This document shows, one piece after another, positions 27,850-41,554 of a DNA stretch of 64,000 bases. The translations under genes were made by a program, and so were the position numbers. Under the pieces are notes generated by a model, which ran no database searches, was not told the origin of the DNA, and saw only the letters and a list, made by a program, of their open reading frames with translations. Source of the stretch: Eledone cirrhosa (taxonomy: Eukaryota). The stretch spans positions 171,368,001 to 171,432,000 of the forward strand of contig OZ024742.1 of assembly GCA_964016885.1 (NCBI GenBank). The letters are read 5' to 3'. Positions within the stretch are counted from its first letter, which is position 1; every line of letters begins with the position of its first letter.

Positions 27850-28612
27850 TGATGGCTGCCCCCTCGTTATCGAGTATGGTCATTGCACGATATACCATTA
27901 TTAATAATTATTAATTAATTCTATCGTGCAATGCCTGTACGTGAAGATATTTTTTTAAGTGAGGAAAGTCTGTGCACTGAGCCAATCCCAATCTCTGAAC
28001 GACGCTAGCTATAACCCGAAAAGAAGAAAAGATCAACGTCATCGGTAACTACTGAGCCGCAGGTTTTATATCGGTGTTATCTCAGTTTCCTGAGTTCCCT
28101 TCTCCTAGAAGAATGCCCTGACAAAGGCTAGGGGTCTTTCACTCCCAGTGGTTTAACATACATACATGGTGGCTGCCAACTCGTTTTCGAGTACGGCCAC
28201 TACTTTATATCCATGTGGGACAACCCCTACCGATGCGCTGAACAAGTGTGACATTTTAGTCCAGCTAGCGACTTGAAAACTCTGGTACAAACACTACACG
28301 TGTGACAATTATTGACACATAGTGCTGATACCATGTGATGACAAGTGCAGAGAGATCTCCAGATATAAAGCAATGCCTGTGCCGTGAAGCTTTTATAGTG
28401 AGCAAAGGCACTGCACAAAGCCAGTCCCACTCTCTTAACCAAGATGATATTTACCAAAAAGAAGAACAAGTCAACATCATTGGATACCATCAGGGCTGCA
28501 GGTGTTATATCAGAGTTTTCCTTCTCCTAGAATTCTGCCTTGACAAAGGCTAAGGGGTCATCTCTCCCGGTGATTTTGGATGGCCATTGACTCTCAAGAG
28601 CTCCTTTGCCCT
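27850..28612 (-). mobile_element. Two tandem non-autonomous RTE-related elements with (TATG)n tails
   Basis: 27850-28155 and 28165-28612 share CTAGGAGAAGG..AAACCTGC..CCGATGACGTTGA..TTCTTCTTTT..CAGGCATTGC and end GCAGCCA..(ATGT)n. Same family as 53625-54145. Confidence 0.6.
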
Positions 28613-29029
28613 TACATACATACATACATTCATACATACAATCATACATTAATTCATACATAAACACATTTACTTATACACATCCAGATATACATACATA
28701 TATACATTCAATTGGTGTATCTCAAGCAACATATTTGTATATATAGTGGGTTGTGTAGAACAATAAAACACAAAACGAGTTTAAACTCGTTTATTGTATT
28801 TTATTTATTTTATTCTAGATTCTTCCACTCAGCTCCCTATAACTCACTCGTCTGACCTTGTCATCCATTACACACACTACAAAAAAATACTATTCAAACC
28901 ACTATACATGTATACACACACCTGGAACAATGTATGTCGGAACTTGGATTCTAGTGGTAAGAACTCCACTCTTAAATTTATGAGCCACAAATGTTTATAG
29001 TGAACCTATAACAAATTTCTGTTTGAGAG

Positions 29030-29110
<81 letters not shown>

Positions 29111-29889
29111 GAAGAGAGAGACAGACTTCATTGCTTGTTTAATACGAACCCGAAATGAGGATATGCCAAAGATAGTTTCGGTGAGATTTTAAGCGAGCGT
29201 TCAAGAAGCCGAACTGAATAGCCACTTTGCCAGTTCGCCGCCTTCTCGCTTACTGTGGAATTATACAACGGTGGAATCGCAAATACTTTATCTAATAATA
29301 ATTCCTTCATCAAAAATCAACATACGATGATTCCGACCTTCCATATAGGTACTTAATCAATAGCCTCAGCTATTTCAAGGATCAGTGGAGGGTGGGAGAG
29401 GCACTGATCCATTAATAAATTCATAAGCTTCCAAAGATCCAGCACTTGCGACTTAACGATTCAACGTGGTGAAGCTGTATATGGAGGAGCAAATATGCAG
29501 TGAGTCGAAAATGAGATGCTTTCGCTAACGAGTGATCCAAAAATGGGAGAAAAATAGTATGTTTATTTGAATAACGATGTGATGAAAGAAAGCAGTAATG
29601 AGACCAAATACCTCAGATATATTCTTGTTATTAGGGCATTATACAATCTCCTGCTTTTAACATCAACATTTTCATAATCAACAGAATAGAGATTCGATTT
29701 GGAATACTAAATCATTTTTCGTTGAACTTAAACATGCTACGTTTCTTGCAGCGGAATTTCTCTTCAATTTCTTTCTTTTTCTCTATATTTTTGTAACAAA
29801 ACGAAACAATGCACGTAGGGAGTATTAGATTATTGACATGTAAACTGCCTTCACTTTTACTAAGATAATTTTTAAATCTCTCTCTCTCC

Positions 29890-29926
<37 letters not shown>

Positions 29927-29929
29927 ATA

Positions 29930-29972
<43 letters not shown>

Positions 29973-30048
29973 CATAGATACACATGCATACAAACACAGA
30001 CACATACATACTCACATATATATGAATATATATATATATATATATATA

Positions 30049-30184
30049 GGAAAAAGTATGACCCCGATGGCAGAGCTCAAGTCGTTTCGATGGCTATTAC
30101 TAGTCCAGAAATAGCCGTCGAAACGGCTTGAGCTCTGCCGTCGGCGTCATACTTTTTCCTATTTCCCACTCTACTAGCCTAAGT
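30049..30184 (+). mobile_element. Family A palindromic element
   Basis: Near-perfect inverted repeat 30049-30158 plus the start of the family A tail, in (TA)n. Confidence 0.8.
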
Positions 30185-30199
30185 ATATATATGAACATT

Positions 30200-32005
30200 G
30201 TGTATGAAGCTCGAACATACGAAGCGCTGAGGTAATGAATTTATGGAACATGGGGGATGCTCAAGCACAGAAAATAACTGCAATCAAAGAGCTTTCAAAA
30301 GCTGCTTTGATTCAGCTTCTTAATTTAGACTGTAAGAGGTTGTCAGAGGTCTCAGAGCTCAATGTTGAGAGTTATCAGTCAGTATATTAGAGATACGGAG
30401 TTCGATTCTTCGTAGCTACCATTGTAAACATCTTTTACAACTACCTTATTTCTGATGAGCAAATGCTGACGCTGGCGCATTAATGCAGAAACTCGAGCAA
30501 TTCTTGTACTGAATTCAGTCTTCTCCCTTCCATGACTCTTGGCATATGACCTGGAGATACTTGAACTTTTCCACCTGCTTAATTGGTACTTCAATGACAT
30601 GTATATTGCACTATGCAAGTTACTTGAGAGGATGAGTGTCTTAGTATTCGCAGCACTGCTTTTAATTCTTACCTTGCATCACTTGTCAGCAAACCAATCC
30701 AGTTCATATCGGAGATCAACATCTTACGATTTAATTAATGCCATGTCGTCTGCAATTCTAGCCGACTGATCCTACGTCCGTCAGTCTTGATAGCACTTCC
30801 AACCCCGCTGCGCACGTCAATCCTGTTCATGAAGATTATGTACAAGAGAGGTGACAGTGTACACTCTTGGCGAAGTTCGAAACCCATATTGAATGGTTTT
30901 GATTGAGCACCATTTATCAGAAACAAACTACTAAGGCATTCGTATAGAGACATCAAGGCAACAAGTAACTGTCTATCGATTCCATACTCTTGCAGAACCT
31001 TCCAAAATAGGTCCCGTGAGACGGATTCGTATGACTTTTTAAGGTCTATGAAACAAGTATAGACCTCTTGGCAATACACTCACGATTTGACAAAGACTTG
31101 CTGCAGTGTAGATATCTGGTGTGTTGCGCCCGGGTCGAACACCACCCAGTTAATCAGTTAGCTTGGACTCGACAATATTCTTACATCACATTGTCAGACA
31201 CGTGGCAGAGACTTTACCGATGAGGCTTAAAAAGGAGATCCCTCTATAACGAGCAATTTTTTTTTGTCAACTTTTTTCAAAATTGGGATCATCACTCCCG
31301 ATTTCCATTGCTAAGGTGCCTTTCCAGAGATGCAGGATACTCGGCACATATGAGTAAGTCAGAGCTTACCTTCGCTATTTAAGACATAAAATATTTCGGG
31401 TCGAAATTCTTGCTCCCCAGAGGCCTTGTCGTATTTGAACACTTTAATTGATCTTGTGATCTCAGCCTCAGAGAATTAGTCATCGCTCACAGGTGTACAT
31501 GTGTATCACGGTTTACGAGATCAGTGGGGGTGTTCTCTATGGAGAAAAGAGAACGGCAGTCGCGTTCCTGATAATATGCATGGAGGGGTACGCCGGATTA
31601 TGAAGTTGATGGAGGATCTATCAGCCTAATTTATATGCTGATCTGAGCCGTAACTGTCTCTGCTGCGATCACCCTCATCTGCTTGTACCGCAGGTGAAAG
31701 AAGGATGACTTATTATGAAGCCATGCTTTATAAGCTACCTTTTTTAACTGGGATGGCATATTGACCTATTGATCCGAACAAAGCGTCTCCCTGCCACCGC
31801 AAGCCACTTTCACGTGCAGCATTTATCAACTGAACCAGAAACTGCCGAGTTGAACAGTCGACTCTCCGTTTCAACGTTCTTTGAATGCAACGAATTTGAA
31901 TGCAATAATAATCGCACAGGTGGTACTGAACTCCTCATCAGCAAACGATCCCCACTTTATTCTGTAGGTACAGCAGGACCGGCCAGTTTTATGGGTTCTC
32001 CCGAA
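30200..32005 (-). mobile_element. Degraded RTE-clade LINE (RT region)
   Basis: ORF 30735-31079 CFIDLKKSYESV..LQEYGI..LRQECTLSPLLYIIFM; upstream W..GVMIPILKK..YRGISF remnants. Confidence 0.8.
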
Positions 32006-32027
32006 CTTCAGTAGACTCAGATTGCAG

Positions 32028-32059
<32 letters not shown>

Positions 32060-32073
32060 GTTTCGAAAATATT

Positions 32074-32110
<37 letters not shown>

Positions 32111-32221
32111 GTATACATACAAATATATGTGCGCAGAAAATACATATGTGAATATATATATATATATAAAGACAATTTACACACACACACATAAATATAT
32201 AGTTATATATATATATATATA

Positions 32222-32359
32222 GGAACCAGTAAGACCCCGACGGCTGAGCTCAAGCCGTTTCGACGGCTAATTCTGGTTCCTATTACCCACTCTACTACCC
32301 CAAGTATTGAGTACTTTGGTGCGTTATGGTCCACCTGATTCCCTACCACATTTCCTTCG

Positions 32360-32360
<1 letters not shown>
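32222..32360 (+). mobile_element. Family A element (inverted arm fused to tail)
   Basis: Same ends as the 57628 copy with the central part missing. Confidence 0.8.
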
Positions 32361-32398
<38 letters not shown>

Positions 32399-32399
32399 G

Positions 32400-32757
32400 A
32401 AATGGCGACCGGCTGAGGTTGAAGGAGCAGAATAGCGGTCGCCCTCGGCTCCTCGATTTTCAGCCCCATGGATTTTATCTATTACATTCACGTATTAGAT
32501 TTCGAATACCTGATGATATCACCGGATTCATACGGAACCCGGTCACTGAAATGATCATAGTATAATAAACCTTTCAAGAATTTACACAAATCCAGCCTCC
32601 TGTCATTTCATTATAATATTTAACTCCGTAATAGCACCACCAACTACAAAAACAAAGACGGTTGAACTGCTTTACGTTGAGTACTCTCTATATTATTGCA
32701 TTACGATTGACCATACGGAATAGACCAGCTATATACAGTGGTGAACCTCAAACCTGA
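32400..32757 (+). mobile_element. Family C element containing an HHR at 32506-32563
   Basis: atac-CTGATGA-..accgg/ccggt..-GAAA-tgatca-TA-gtat with stem I intact; flanked by (TA)n. Confidence 0.75.
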
Positions 32758-32776
32758 ATAAATATATATATATATT

Positions 32777-32808
<32 letters not shown>

Positions 32809-33278
32809 CTTTGCGTTTTTATGTATTTATATACACCAGTTAAACAATAGAAGTGCTATTGTAGTTTTATTTATATTGTATTTCTCTGAGGCAGAATTAA
32901 AGAGAGAGCCCATTCTGTTGAGAAGCACCATACAAACTATTTTAACAACGATTTAACACTAACGGAATTATATCTGCCGCTGCCAACGTCAAACGACTCA
33001 ATGACTACATGAAGATTTATTTACTGAACTAAGAAAAAATGTATCCCTCTATCTTCCTATATACATGCACAGACATATATACATACATACATACACACAC
33101 ATGTATATATATGATAAAATGCAAAAAATATACACTATAATGCAGATCGTTATCTGTGAGTGTGTGCATTATGTGTATGCATGATCGAGTGTGAGTATGT
33201 AGTTGTATAATGCTTACCAAATAGTTTTAACGTTTTTTTTTGGTACAATAGCACGCATATTTGTATGTGAAAGCATTA

Positions 33279-33343
<65 letters not shown>

Positions 33344-33356
33344 GTCTATATGTCTG

Positions 33357-33445
<89 letters not shown>

Positions 33446-33453
33446 ATAAATAA

Positions 33454-33516
<63 letters not shown>

Positions 33517-33591
33517 CATATACACATATTGCTAAATACACATATATATATATATGTATATATATATGTATATATATATATATATAAATAA

Positions 33592-33667
<76 letters not shown>

Positions 33668-34937
33668 GTATATATACATATACAAATATTCAATGCTTAC
33701 ATACCTATATACTTGCATACATAAATACATACATACATACATATATATATACATACTTATATACTTATATATACATATATACTTATATGCATGCATAATT
33801 GTATACATACATACATGACTAATGGCGTCTATAAGAAATTTTGGCACCGAATGGTGCTACAGAAGCAAGTAAAATGCCTCTTAAATGGGATTAATGTAGT
33901 ATTTTAGTAGAATGGATGCACGGCATCTTATAATTTGAAATTACTATAAAAGTCATTCAAGATTTATCTCTAGTGTTATAGAAAATCTCGAGGGTTGTTG
34001 GATAAGAAGTCTTTGTATTAGGAAAAATAATAAAAATATAGAAAATATAAAAATATAACAAACAAAACAATTTGATTTGACATGTCGCATAATGGATATA
34101 TAATGACAGAAAAGGCTAAATAAAATATTGGGACTGCAATGAATGTTTTGCGTTTCATATAAATCTCATATCATCTCGTCAGTTCTTTTAGTTACTTCTA
34201 TCTATATCTCTTTCTCTCTTTCCCTCGCACTAAATGCAATCTGGAAATACACTAGATGTTTTAATACCTGGGAACATTTGAAAATACAGAGAAATAATAA
34301 GTACTAATGGTTTCTATATCTTCACATTATTTTTCCGTGGATGCGTATTAGATGGCTGTCGATGGTATGTACGAATTGTCTGACAACACGCTCTACGTTA
34401 GTAAACAATTGGGTAATATATCAAGGGAAGTAACCATTTCAGGGTTTCTACATAGACGGGATATGGAAATATATTTAGTTATTTGGTAGGAGATAAATTA
34501 CTGCTGAAAACTGATTCTAAGTTATTTTATTACCTTTTTGTTTAAACTGATAAATGTTTATAGCATTAAACAACAGGTATAATGAAATAGTTGTCTCTAT
34601 TATCACAAGACAAGAAAGGATTATAAAGCAGACAGTCATCATATATGCATGCATTCAACTTTGTCAATTTGCTGGTTTCTGTTGTATTTGTTCTCAGTCG
34701 ATGGAAGCCATTGAATCTAAATATTGAAATAAATATAATAGATAACATATGTACGGTGACAGTCTTAATAGAGTGGAAATATAGAAATCATTGACATTTT
34801 GTGCTACAAAGACATATTCTAAACACATAAGGGAGATTATACTAATGGAGTATTTCATAGGTAATTAGTTGTATTCAGATGTTGAATCTGTTATTAATCT
34901 AAGGTAAATTGCTTTATATCACAATACACGCACACAT

Positions 34938-34977
<40 letters not shown>

Positions 34978-35017
34978 CATATACACACACAGACAGACAC
35001 ACATATATATATATATA

Positions 35018-35079
<62 letters not shown>

Positions 35080-35098
35080 CACAGAGACACAGTCACAG

Positions 35099-35151
<53 letters not shown>

Positions 35152-35336
35152 CACACACACAGACAGATACAGGCACATACACACACACATATATATATAT
35201 ATATACATACACACACACATACAGACACAGGCACAGTCACACACACACACATATATATATACATACATACATATATATATATATATACATACATACATAT
35301 GTGTATATATATATTTATATATATATACATACATAC

Positions 35337-35419
<83 letters not shown>

Positions 35420-35421
<2 letters not shown>

Positions 35422-37345
35422 GCCAAATTTGAACAGGAACAATACAGAGAGGCAGTACAACGAATGTTTATTAATTTCACGCTCTGGAGAGTGGGGTGGT
35501 GGTGGGGAACGACGTTTCGGGCATAAGCCCTTCCTCAGGTGAGAAGTGTGTGGGAAGAGAGTTCAAAGGGTGTGTAGGGGAGTGGTGGAGAGACATATAG
35601 CGAAAAGGGGGTGGGAGGAAACGGTGCGAATGAAATTAAAAATAAAAATAAAAATAAAAATAAAGCATAATCAAAATAAACTGAAATTAAAAAGGGGTAA
35701 AACAGGTGGTGGAAGGGTGTGGGGTGTGTAGGCGTGGTGGCGGGTGGAGTGGGGAGAGGGAGACGGGGTGTCCGAGCGGGGAGGGCTGAAGGTGGTGTGT
35801 GTGTGTAGGTGTACGTGTGTGTGTGTGTGTGTATGTGAAAGCAAGGGTTGGGGGAAGAACGGGGTTGCATGTTCAGGAAGAGGTGTGTATGGGGTGGGGT
35901 GTAGGTCGGAGTGTGTGTGCGTGTGTGGATAGAGGGGTGGGGGGGAGAGGAATCCCGAGGCTGAAGGTGTAAATATGTGGTGGAAAGCACGTGTGTGGGG
36001 GGTTTAAGCGTGTTGTGGGTGTAGGGGGCGTGTGGGAGAAAAACATTTTTTGGGGTGTGTGTGTGGGTGAGTTATATAGGTGATTCCGTAAGAGGATGTG
36101 GTTGAAATGTTGGTAAACTCCTATGATGTTTAGTAGATTCCACGGTGGTCAAGTTCCACATACGAGTATTCCATGAAGAGATGGTCGGAAGAGGAGAGAT
36201 GTGGGATTCGCGCGCAACAGGAAGTGGTCAAGCCGGTGGGAGTGCTGTGTGTCTGTTTGTGCTGGGAGGTGGTCAGAAGGCATAGCAGCAGTCGGGTGGA
36301 ATGGTAAAGGGGCGAGGATGGGTAGGTGAGAAAGTTGGAGTGAGGAGAGTGTGTGTGTGTATTAGTAGAGGTGTTAGTGGCATGAGTGAGTGTGGAGAAA
36401 GGGTGTGGGTGGAGCGGGGAGAGAAGGGTGTGGGAGTCGATGGAGGGAGTGTGGTGTACTGGTGTGTGTGTAGTTTGATGAAGGGGGTGTTAGTGGGTGT
36501 TAGTATACGGGAGGTGGAGAAAGGGTTGAATGCAGGTGTGAGTGGGGGTTAGTGGTGGTAGGGTGTGTAGAGTTGGTGGTGTACGAGGGTGTGTGGGTAC
36601 GTGTGCGTGGGGTTGGGGGGTGTTAGTGATGTTAGTTGCGTGTGGGGTGGGTGGTGTAAGTGGGTGCGTGTGTTCGTGTGCTTGGGGTCAGGGGGTGTTA
36701 GTGATGTTAGTTGCGGGGGGTGGGATGGAGGTGTGGGGGTGAGGGTTAGTGGTGGTAGTAGGGTGTGTGTTTAGTGTGAGCGCGTGTATATATGTGCTGG
36801 TGGGTGTGTGCGTGTGATAAGGAGGGGGGAGTAGAAGAAGGGAGGGATATTAGTATGTTAGTTGGGGAAGGGTGGTCGGATGAGGGGTGGAGTGGAGGTG
36901 TTTATATTTTAGTTGTGGGGTGGGCGGTGAAAATGAGGGGTGTGTTAGTGGTGTTAGTGGGGGATAGGTGTGGGGGGAGGGGGGTGGTCGAAGGCTAAAG
37001 GAATAAGGGCGGGGAGTTCAGGCCGGGGGGAGTGTGGGTCTGTAAGATGAAGATGGTTCTTTGTTCGACTCTGAGGAGATTGGCGGGTGTTCCGTGGCAT
37101 TGGAGTAGGCCACTGTGAGATGGCGTGCGGAATGTCCAGGGGCACCAAAGTGGCGGGCGATGGGGGAACTACCACCGAGACGAATATCCCGGAGGTGCTC
37201 AGTGAATCGGTCCGCCAGGCGACGTCCCGTCTGTTCGACGTAAGTCGTAGACTAGGCTGGAGGAGGTGCAGCGGAAGGCATGCCGGACAGAGAGAGAGTG
37301 GCCGTTGGGACCCTGGAAGGTGGTGGTGTTGGCCCCTTCTCCACA
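35420..37345 (-). mobile_element. Penelope-like element 3' part: GIY-YIG remnant, ~1.4 kb low-complexity UTR and terminal HHR
   Basis: Minus 37330-37000 encodes FRCTSSSLVY / YVEQTGRRLADRFTEHLRDI..SPIARHF..EQRTIFILQTHTPPGLN. The terminus recurs at about 6012-6095. Confidence 0.8.
35507..35542 (-). ncRNA. Minimal type I hammerhead ribozyme
   Basis: Minus strand: ac-CTGAGGA-a-gggc ttat gccc-GAAA-cg-TC-gt. Palindromic ACGT stem III; stem I is only 2 bp in this copy. Confidence 0.55.
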
Positions 37346-37347
37346 TT

Positions 37348-37400
<53 letters not shown>

Positions 37401-37403
<3 letters not shown>

Positions 37404-38023
37404 AAAAAATGGGGAGAAGAATACTGCAGGTTGCACATGGATAACATGTAATAAAATGAGTCCCTCATCAGTAATTTGCCGACGATCATAGATATTTCAT
37501 TGCATTAAAAATCATATACCTCACGTCGGTGCAATAATAACTAAATTAAGTTATTAGGACAATTAAAACGCGTGAAGCGAGTGAGACAAGATAACAACAA
37601 AGAGGATAGCTAACCGTAGAAGGAAGGGAACAAGCTACATAGTTATTCTGTTAGCATAAGCTAGGTGAATATATGAGCGCTTAGAAAAAAGACCTTTCGG
37701 GAACGAATCCAAATGTGAGAAAGAGAGAAAATGTTTTCGTCGCGAACGGGGTGAAGTGAGAAGAGGAGAAACAGTGAGTGAGTGAGTGGACGTGTGAGGA
37801 AGAGTTAACTGACATGACAGAGGGGGCGAAAGAAAGTAGGAGAAACAGAGAGAACGAGGGAGCAGTAAGAGAGAGAGAGAAAAAAACAGAATCGCAGTTT
37901 AGGTAAATATATGTGAAAAAATGGGGAGAAGAATACTGCAGGTTGCACATGGATAACATGTTATAAAATGAGTCCCTCATCAGTAATTTGCCGACGATCA
38001 TAGATATTTCATTGCATTAAAAA
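37401..38023 (-). mobile_element. Non-coding element bounded by 111-bp direct repeats (37401-37511, 37913-38023)
   Basis: Near-identical repeats offset by 512 nt, each containing CTGATGAG on the minus strand; flanked by (TA)n. Confidence 0.7.
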
Positions 38024-38042
38024 TAATATATATATATATATA

Positions 38043-38365
38043 CATTAACATACGTAAACCTTGGTCTTCCTCTTCTAGTGTGTCCATGTAGGGGCTCCCA
38101 AAGGAGCACTGAGTGCAATGTCAACTCTGGATGTCGGTGAGAATGTCCAGCTAACCTCAGTCCCTTGTGTGTCACTTCTGAGCTGACTTTTGGGAGGCTC
38201 CCATACACCTCTGAGTTTGTCATCCTCAGTGTATACTGATTAATGTTGATGCCCTAAGGACAGACACTGGTCTGTTGGAGACGCAGGACATGGCAGCGAT
38301 AATGAGGGACAGAGCCCGCTGGAGAGAACTCGCCCATTCATCTCGGGAATTTGACGCACCCTAAA
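38043..38365. mobile_element. RTE-clade LINE 3' fragment with 5' inversion
   Basis: Minus 38043-38223 encodes MTNSEVYG..LRLAGH..VLLWEP..RRGRPRFTYV. Plus 38243-38364 continues VDALRTDTGL..MRDRARWR. Confidence 0.75.
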
Positions 38366-39102
38366 TAGATATATATACATACATGTATGTGTGTTTGTGC
38401 GAGTGTGTCTTTCTGTGTATATGTATGCATATACGAATATGGGCTTAATGCCTCACTCCTCTTCATCTATACTGCTCTTCTCACTGCATCCAGTAACTTC
38501 CCTCATCCACGTACCCACATGGAAATATTCGCACAATCCTAGATACCTTACAAATACAACAAAATAACTTTAGCACACTTATTAATAAACAAACACATAG
38601 AAACGCACGTATAGACACATGCACACGCACAAACACACACAATCAGCACATATACATTCATTTCTGACTTAGCGTTGTACAATGTGGTTGCTGTGAGCAT
38701 GTATCAGCCTTTTCTTTATTTCCACTATAGCTGACCAAATATGAATTCGAGTTTCGTATTTTTAATGATCTGATATATAATGAACAGATACATATTTGTC
38801 ACTAATAATTACTTTCATATTTGATACATACATTAACAAACCCCACTTAGACACAAATTGAATACAGCCATCTGGACACCACCACGAACGATGATATACA
38901 CACACGTTAAAAACAATAACACACACTCTCAGATACCTCCCCCTTTTTGTATTTTCTAGTTTATAATTCATCTCCTTGTACACCCCCGACGAAGGACTAA
39001 CATCCAATACCTTGAACTTATTTTTCTCTTTCACTCAGATCGTGAACCTATCAGTACTAAATATATTTGTATCTCTGTATTTGTCAGTTTTTGTTATGTA
39101 TG

Positions 39103-39165
<63 letters not shown>

Positions 39166-39204
39166 GATATTAACAAATGGAAACTATATTTATAAAATGA
39201 TATT

Positions 39205-39269
39205 TATTCCATTATACATATTTCAAGGACATCAAGTTAAATTATGGTGTGCTTTCATCAGATAAAATA
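39205..39269 (-). ncRNA. Type I hammerhead ribozyme (family H)
   Basis: Minus strand: tattttat-CTGATGA-aagcacacca..tgatgtcctt-GAAA-tatgta-TA-atggaata. Confidence 0.7.
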
Positions 39270-39402
39270 TAATATAGAGCAGTTTTATAAATAAATATTG
39301 ACATACCCTTAAAGTACTTCTTAAAGTTCCCTTAAAGTGAACAGTAATGGTTGCATTCTTTAAGGGTATGCCAATATTTATTTATAAAACTGATCTATAT
39401 TA

Positions 39403-39467
39403 TATTTTATCTGATGAAAGCACACCATAATTTAACTTGATGTCCTTGAAATATGTATAATGAAATA
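39403..39467 (+). ncRNA. Type I hammerhead ribozyme (family H)
   Basis: tattttat-CTGATGA-aag..ctt-GAAA-tatgta-TA-atgaaata; 8-bp stem I with one GU pair. Confidence 0.75.
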
Positions 39468-39594
39468 AATATCGTTTTATAAATATAGTTTCCATTTGTT
39501 AATATCGTATTTTTACTCCAATTATTTGTTGAGTGCTTTATATCAGTTATAAAAATATTTGCTTGTTGTATCACAACAATTTAAATACAAATTT

Positions 39595-39630
<36 letters not shown>

Positions 39631-39632
<2 letters not shown>

Positions 39633-39830
39633 AGTGGAAGCTTAGTAAAATCGAAGCTCTGGCTGTGGCCAAGCTAACGACCTACAATTAGGAATGAGCA
39701 GCAAAGCACTCAATAAGGTAGGCATTTAGAGTAATAACATACGTTTAGACAGCTTGACAAATTGAAAATTGCGACAGGCAGACCTAGCCACACAATACCA
39801 AAAACAACTAAAATACAATGTGTTCTACCC
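39631..39830 (+). mobile_element. Probable PLE endonuclease C-terminus and 3' UTR fragment
   Basis: KLSKIEALAVAK..RPTI resembles the L..EAL.I...P.LN end of PLE ORFs; homologous to 59100-59268 on the minus strand. Confidence 0.5.
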
Positions 39831-40887
39831 TTCGTGGTAGGGTCCGTACCATAGATAGAACTCAATGTAATCTGACAGCGAGTAATCCAGTGAAATCCAT
39901 AGAATGCGTCCGTGCTCCGCTCAGTCACTCCTCCTTTAGATATAGAGTCTGATATTAGATATTAATTTAACAATGAAAATAATAACAAAGTCAAGTTATT
40001 CTAACTATTCATATCATTGTTTTACGATCATTTAAGTCGTTTTGATCGAACCTATATATGATGTCTGACAGTATACAGTTATATAACTGTTATAGATCAG
40101 TCAATATGTTAATATGATCACCCCTCCGAAACGATCGTAAAACAATGATATGAATAGGTAAATTAACTTGACTTCGTAATTATTTTCATTGTTAAAATTA
40201 ATATCTAATATATATATATTCATATATATATATATATATACATATCTGTACATACATACTTCATACATATATGCATATATATAATGTGTCTGTCTGTTTG
40301 TCTGTTTGAGTGTATACGGCCAGCTACACGTATGTGGAAGTAAGTATATATTGAATAAACGGATGCATCGAGAAGGCATCAAGTGACTAAATGTGTGAGT
40401 GAGTGAAGGAATGAGTGAGTCAGCTAGTAGATTTATATATATACAAAGACGATATTACTAAATAATATTTATTAATGCTGTTTACCATAGAAGATACATT
40501 ATCTGTCACAGAGACAGATGCAAAACCATTAAGTGGTTAGTGGTTGTTTTTTCTTCTCTTTTATGTCTGAGAATGAATAATGTAAATAGAAGAAAAATAT
40601 AAACCGAGAACAGGAAAAAAAAAAGTAAAAAGAATCGATAAGGTATTTTAGTATGAATTCACTCCAGTATAATATATTTTACTTCAAGATTGTTCGCCCA
40701 CATTATTTTCATTCCACCCAGAATTTATAGAGTTCTTTCATAAATTCTTTATTTGATTGACTTTAAATTATTTACGGAATCATTGTCAAAGGGTCGAGTA
40801 AAATAAACAATATATGTATGTATGTATATAGGTATGTATGCATGCATGCACACGCACACACACAAACACACACACACGCGCGCGCAT

Positions 40888-40931
<44 letters not shown>

Positions 40932-41364
40932 ACATATATATATATATATAGAGAGAGATAATGATAATTGTGAAGGTCAGATGTATATATACTTATTTCT
41001 GTGACATTCATGATTACGTGATATTATCATCACGCAACAACCAATACGATTTCCTTAGACAGTATCTTAGGAAATACTTTTGTTATGTTTCTAATGCAAT
41101 AGAAGCTATTGAAAAGTTAATATTTCCATTATTGAAGTTCATTCTCTTGAAGGAAACCAGAGTTAAATATGGTACCAGATACATTAATAGAGAAGATATA
41201 TTCATTTTATATAGCAATGACATCTACTAGATTAGAACCGTTTCATTCGCAAGAATGAATTCTGAAGGAATTACTGGTGATTTCATTGGAATGAGACATT
41301 TCTATACCTTTAAATGTCATTTCTATATACACATACATAAATCCCCCCCCCCCCCCCCACATAT

Positions 41365-41553
41365 CTTCTTCTTCTTCTTCTTCTTCTTCTTCTTCTTCTT
41401 CTTCTTCTTCTTCTTCTTCTTCTTCTTCTTCTTCTTCTTCTTCTTCTTCTTCTTCTTCTTCTTCTTCTTCTTCTTCTTCTTCTTCTTCTTCTTCTTCTTC
41501 TTCTTCTTCTTCTTCTTCTTCTTCTTCTTCTTCTTCTTCTTCTTCTTCTTCTT
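41365..41553. repeat. (TTC)n array, probably the tail of the adjacent minus-strand RTE
   Basis: About 63 perfect units directly abutting the 3' end of the RTE fragment. Confidence 0.9.
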
Positions 41554-41554
41554 C

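Larger units (their letters stand above)
39164..39597 (+). mobile_element. Family H palindromic element with two hammerheads, one per strand
   Basis: Arms at about 39164-39315 and 39357-39508, plus a unique tail to 39597. Partial copies at 57395-57545 and 63138-63290. Confidence 0.85.

Noticed and set aside
30452-30475. CTGATGA-gc aaat gc
   Set aside because: No GAAA or stem III; inside an RTE remnant.
34640-34716. Possible next minus-strand exon (tttag then IQWLPSTENK...)
   Set aside because: Lacks Ig motifs after the Trp and hits a stop within 26 codons, so it cannot be linked to the Ig exon.
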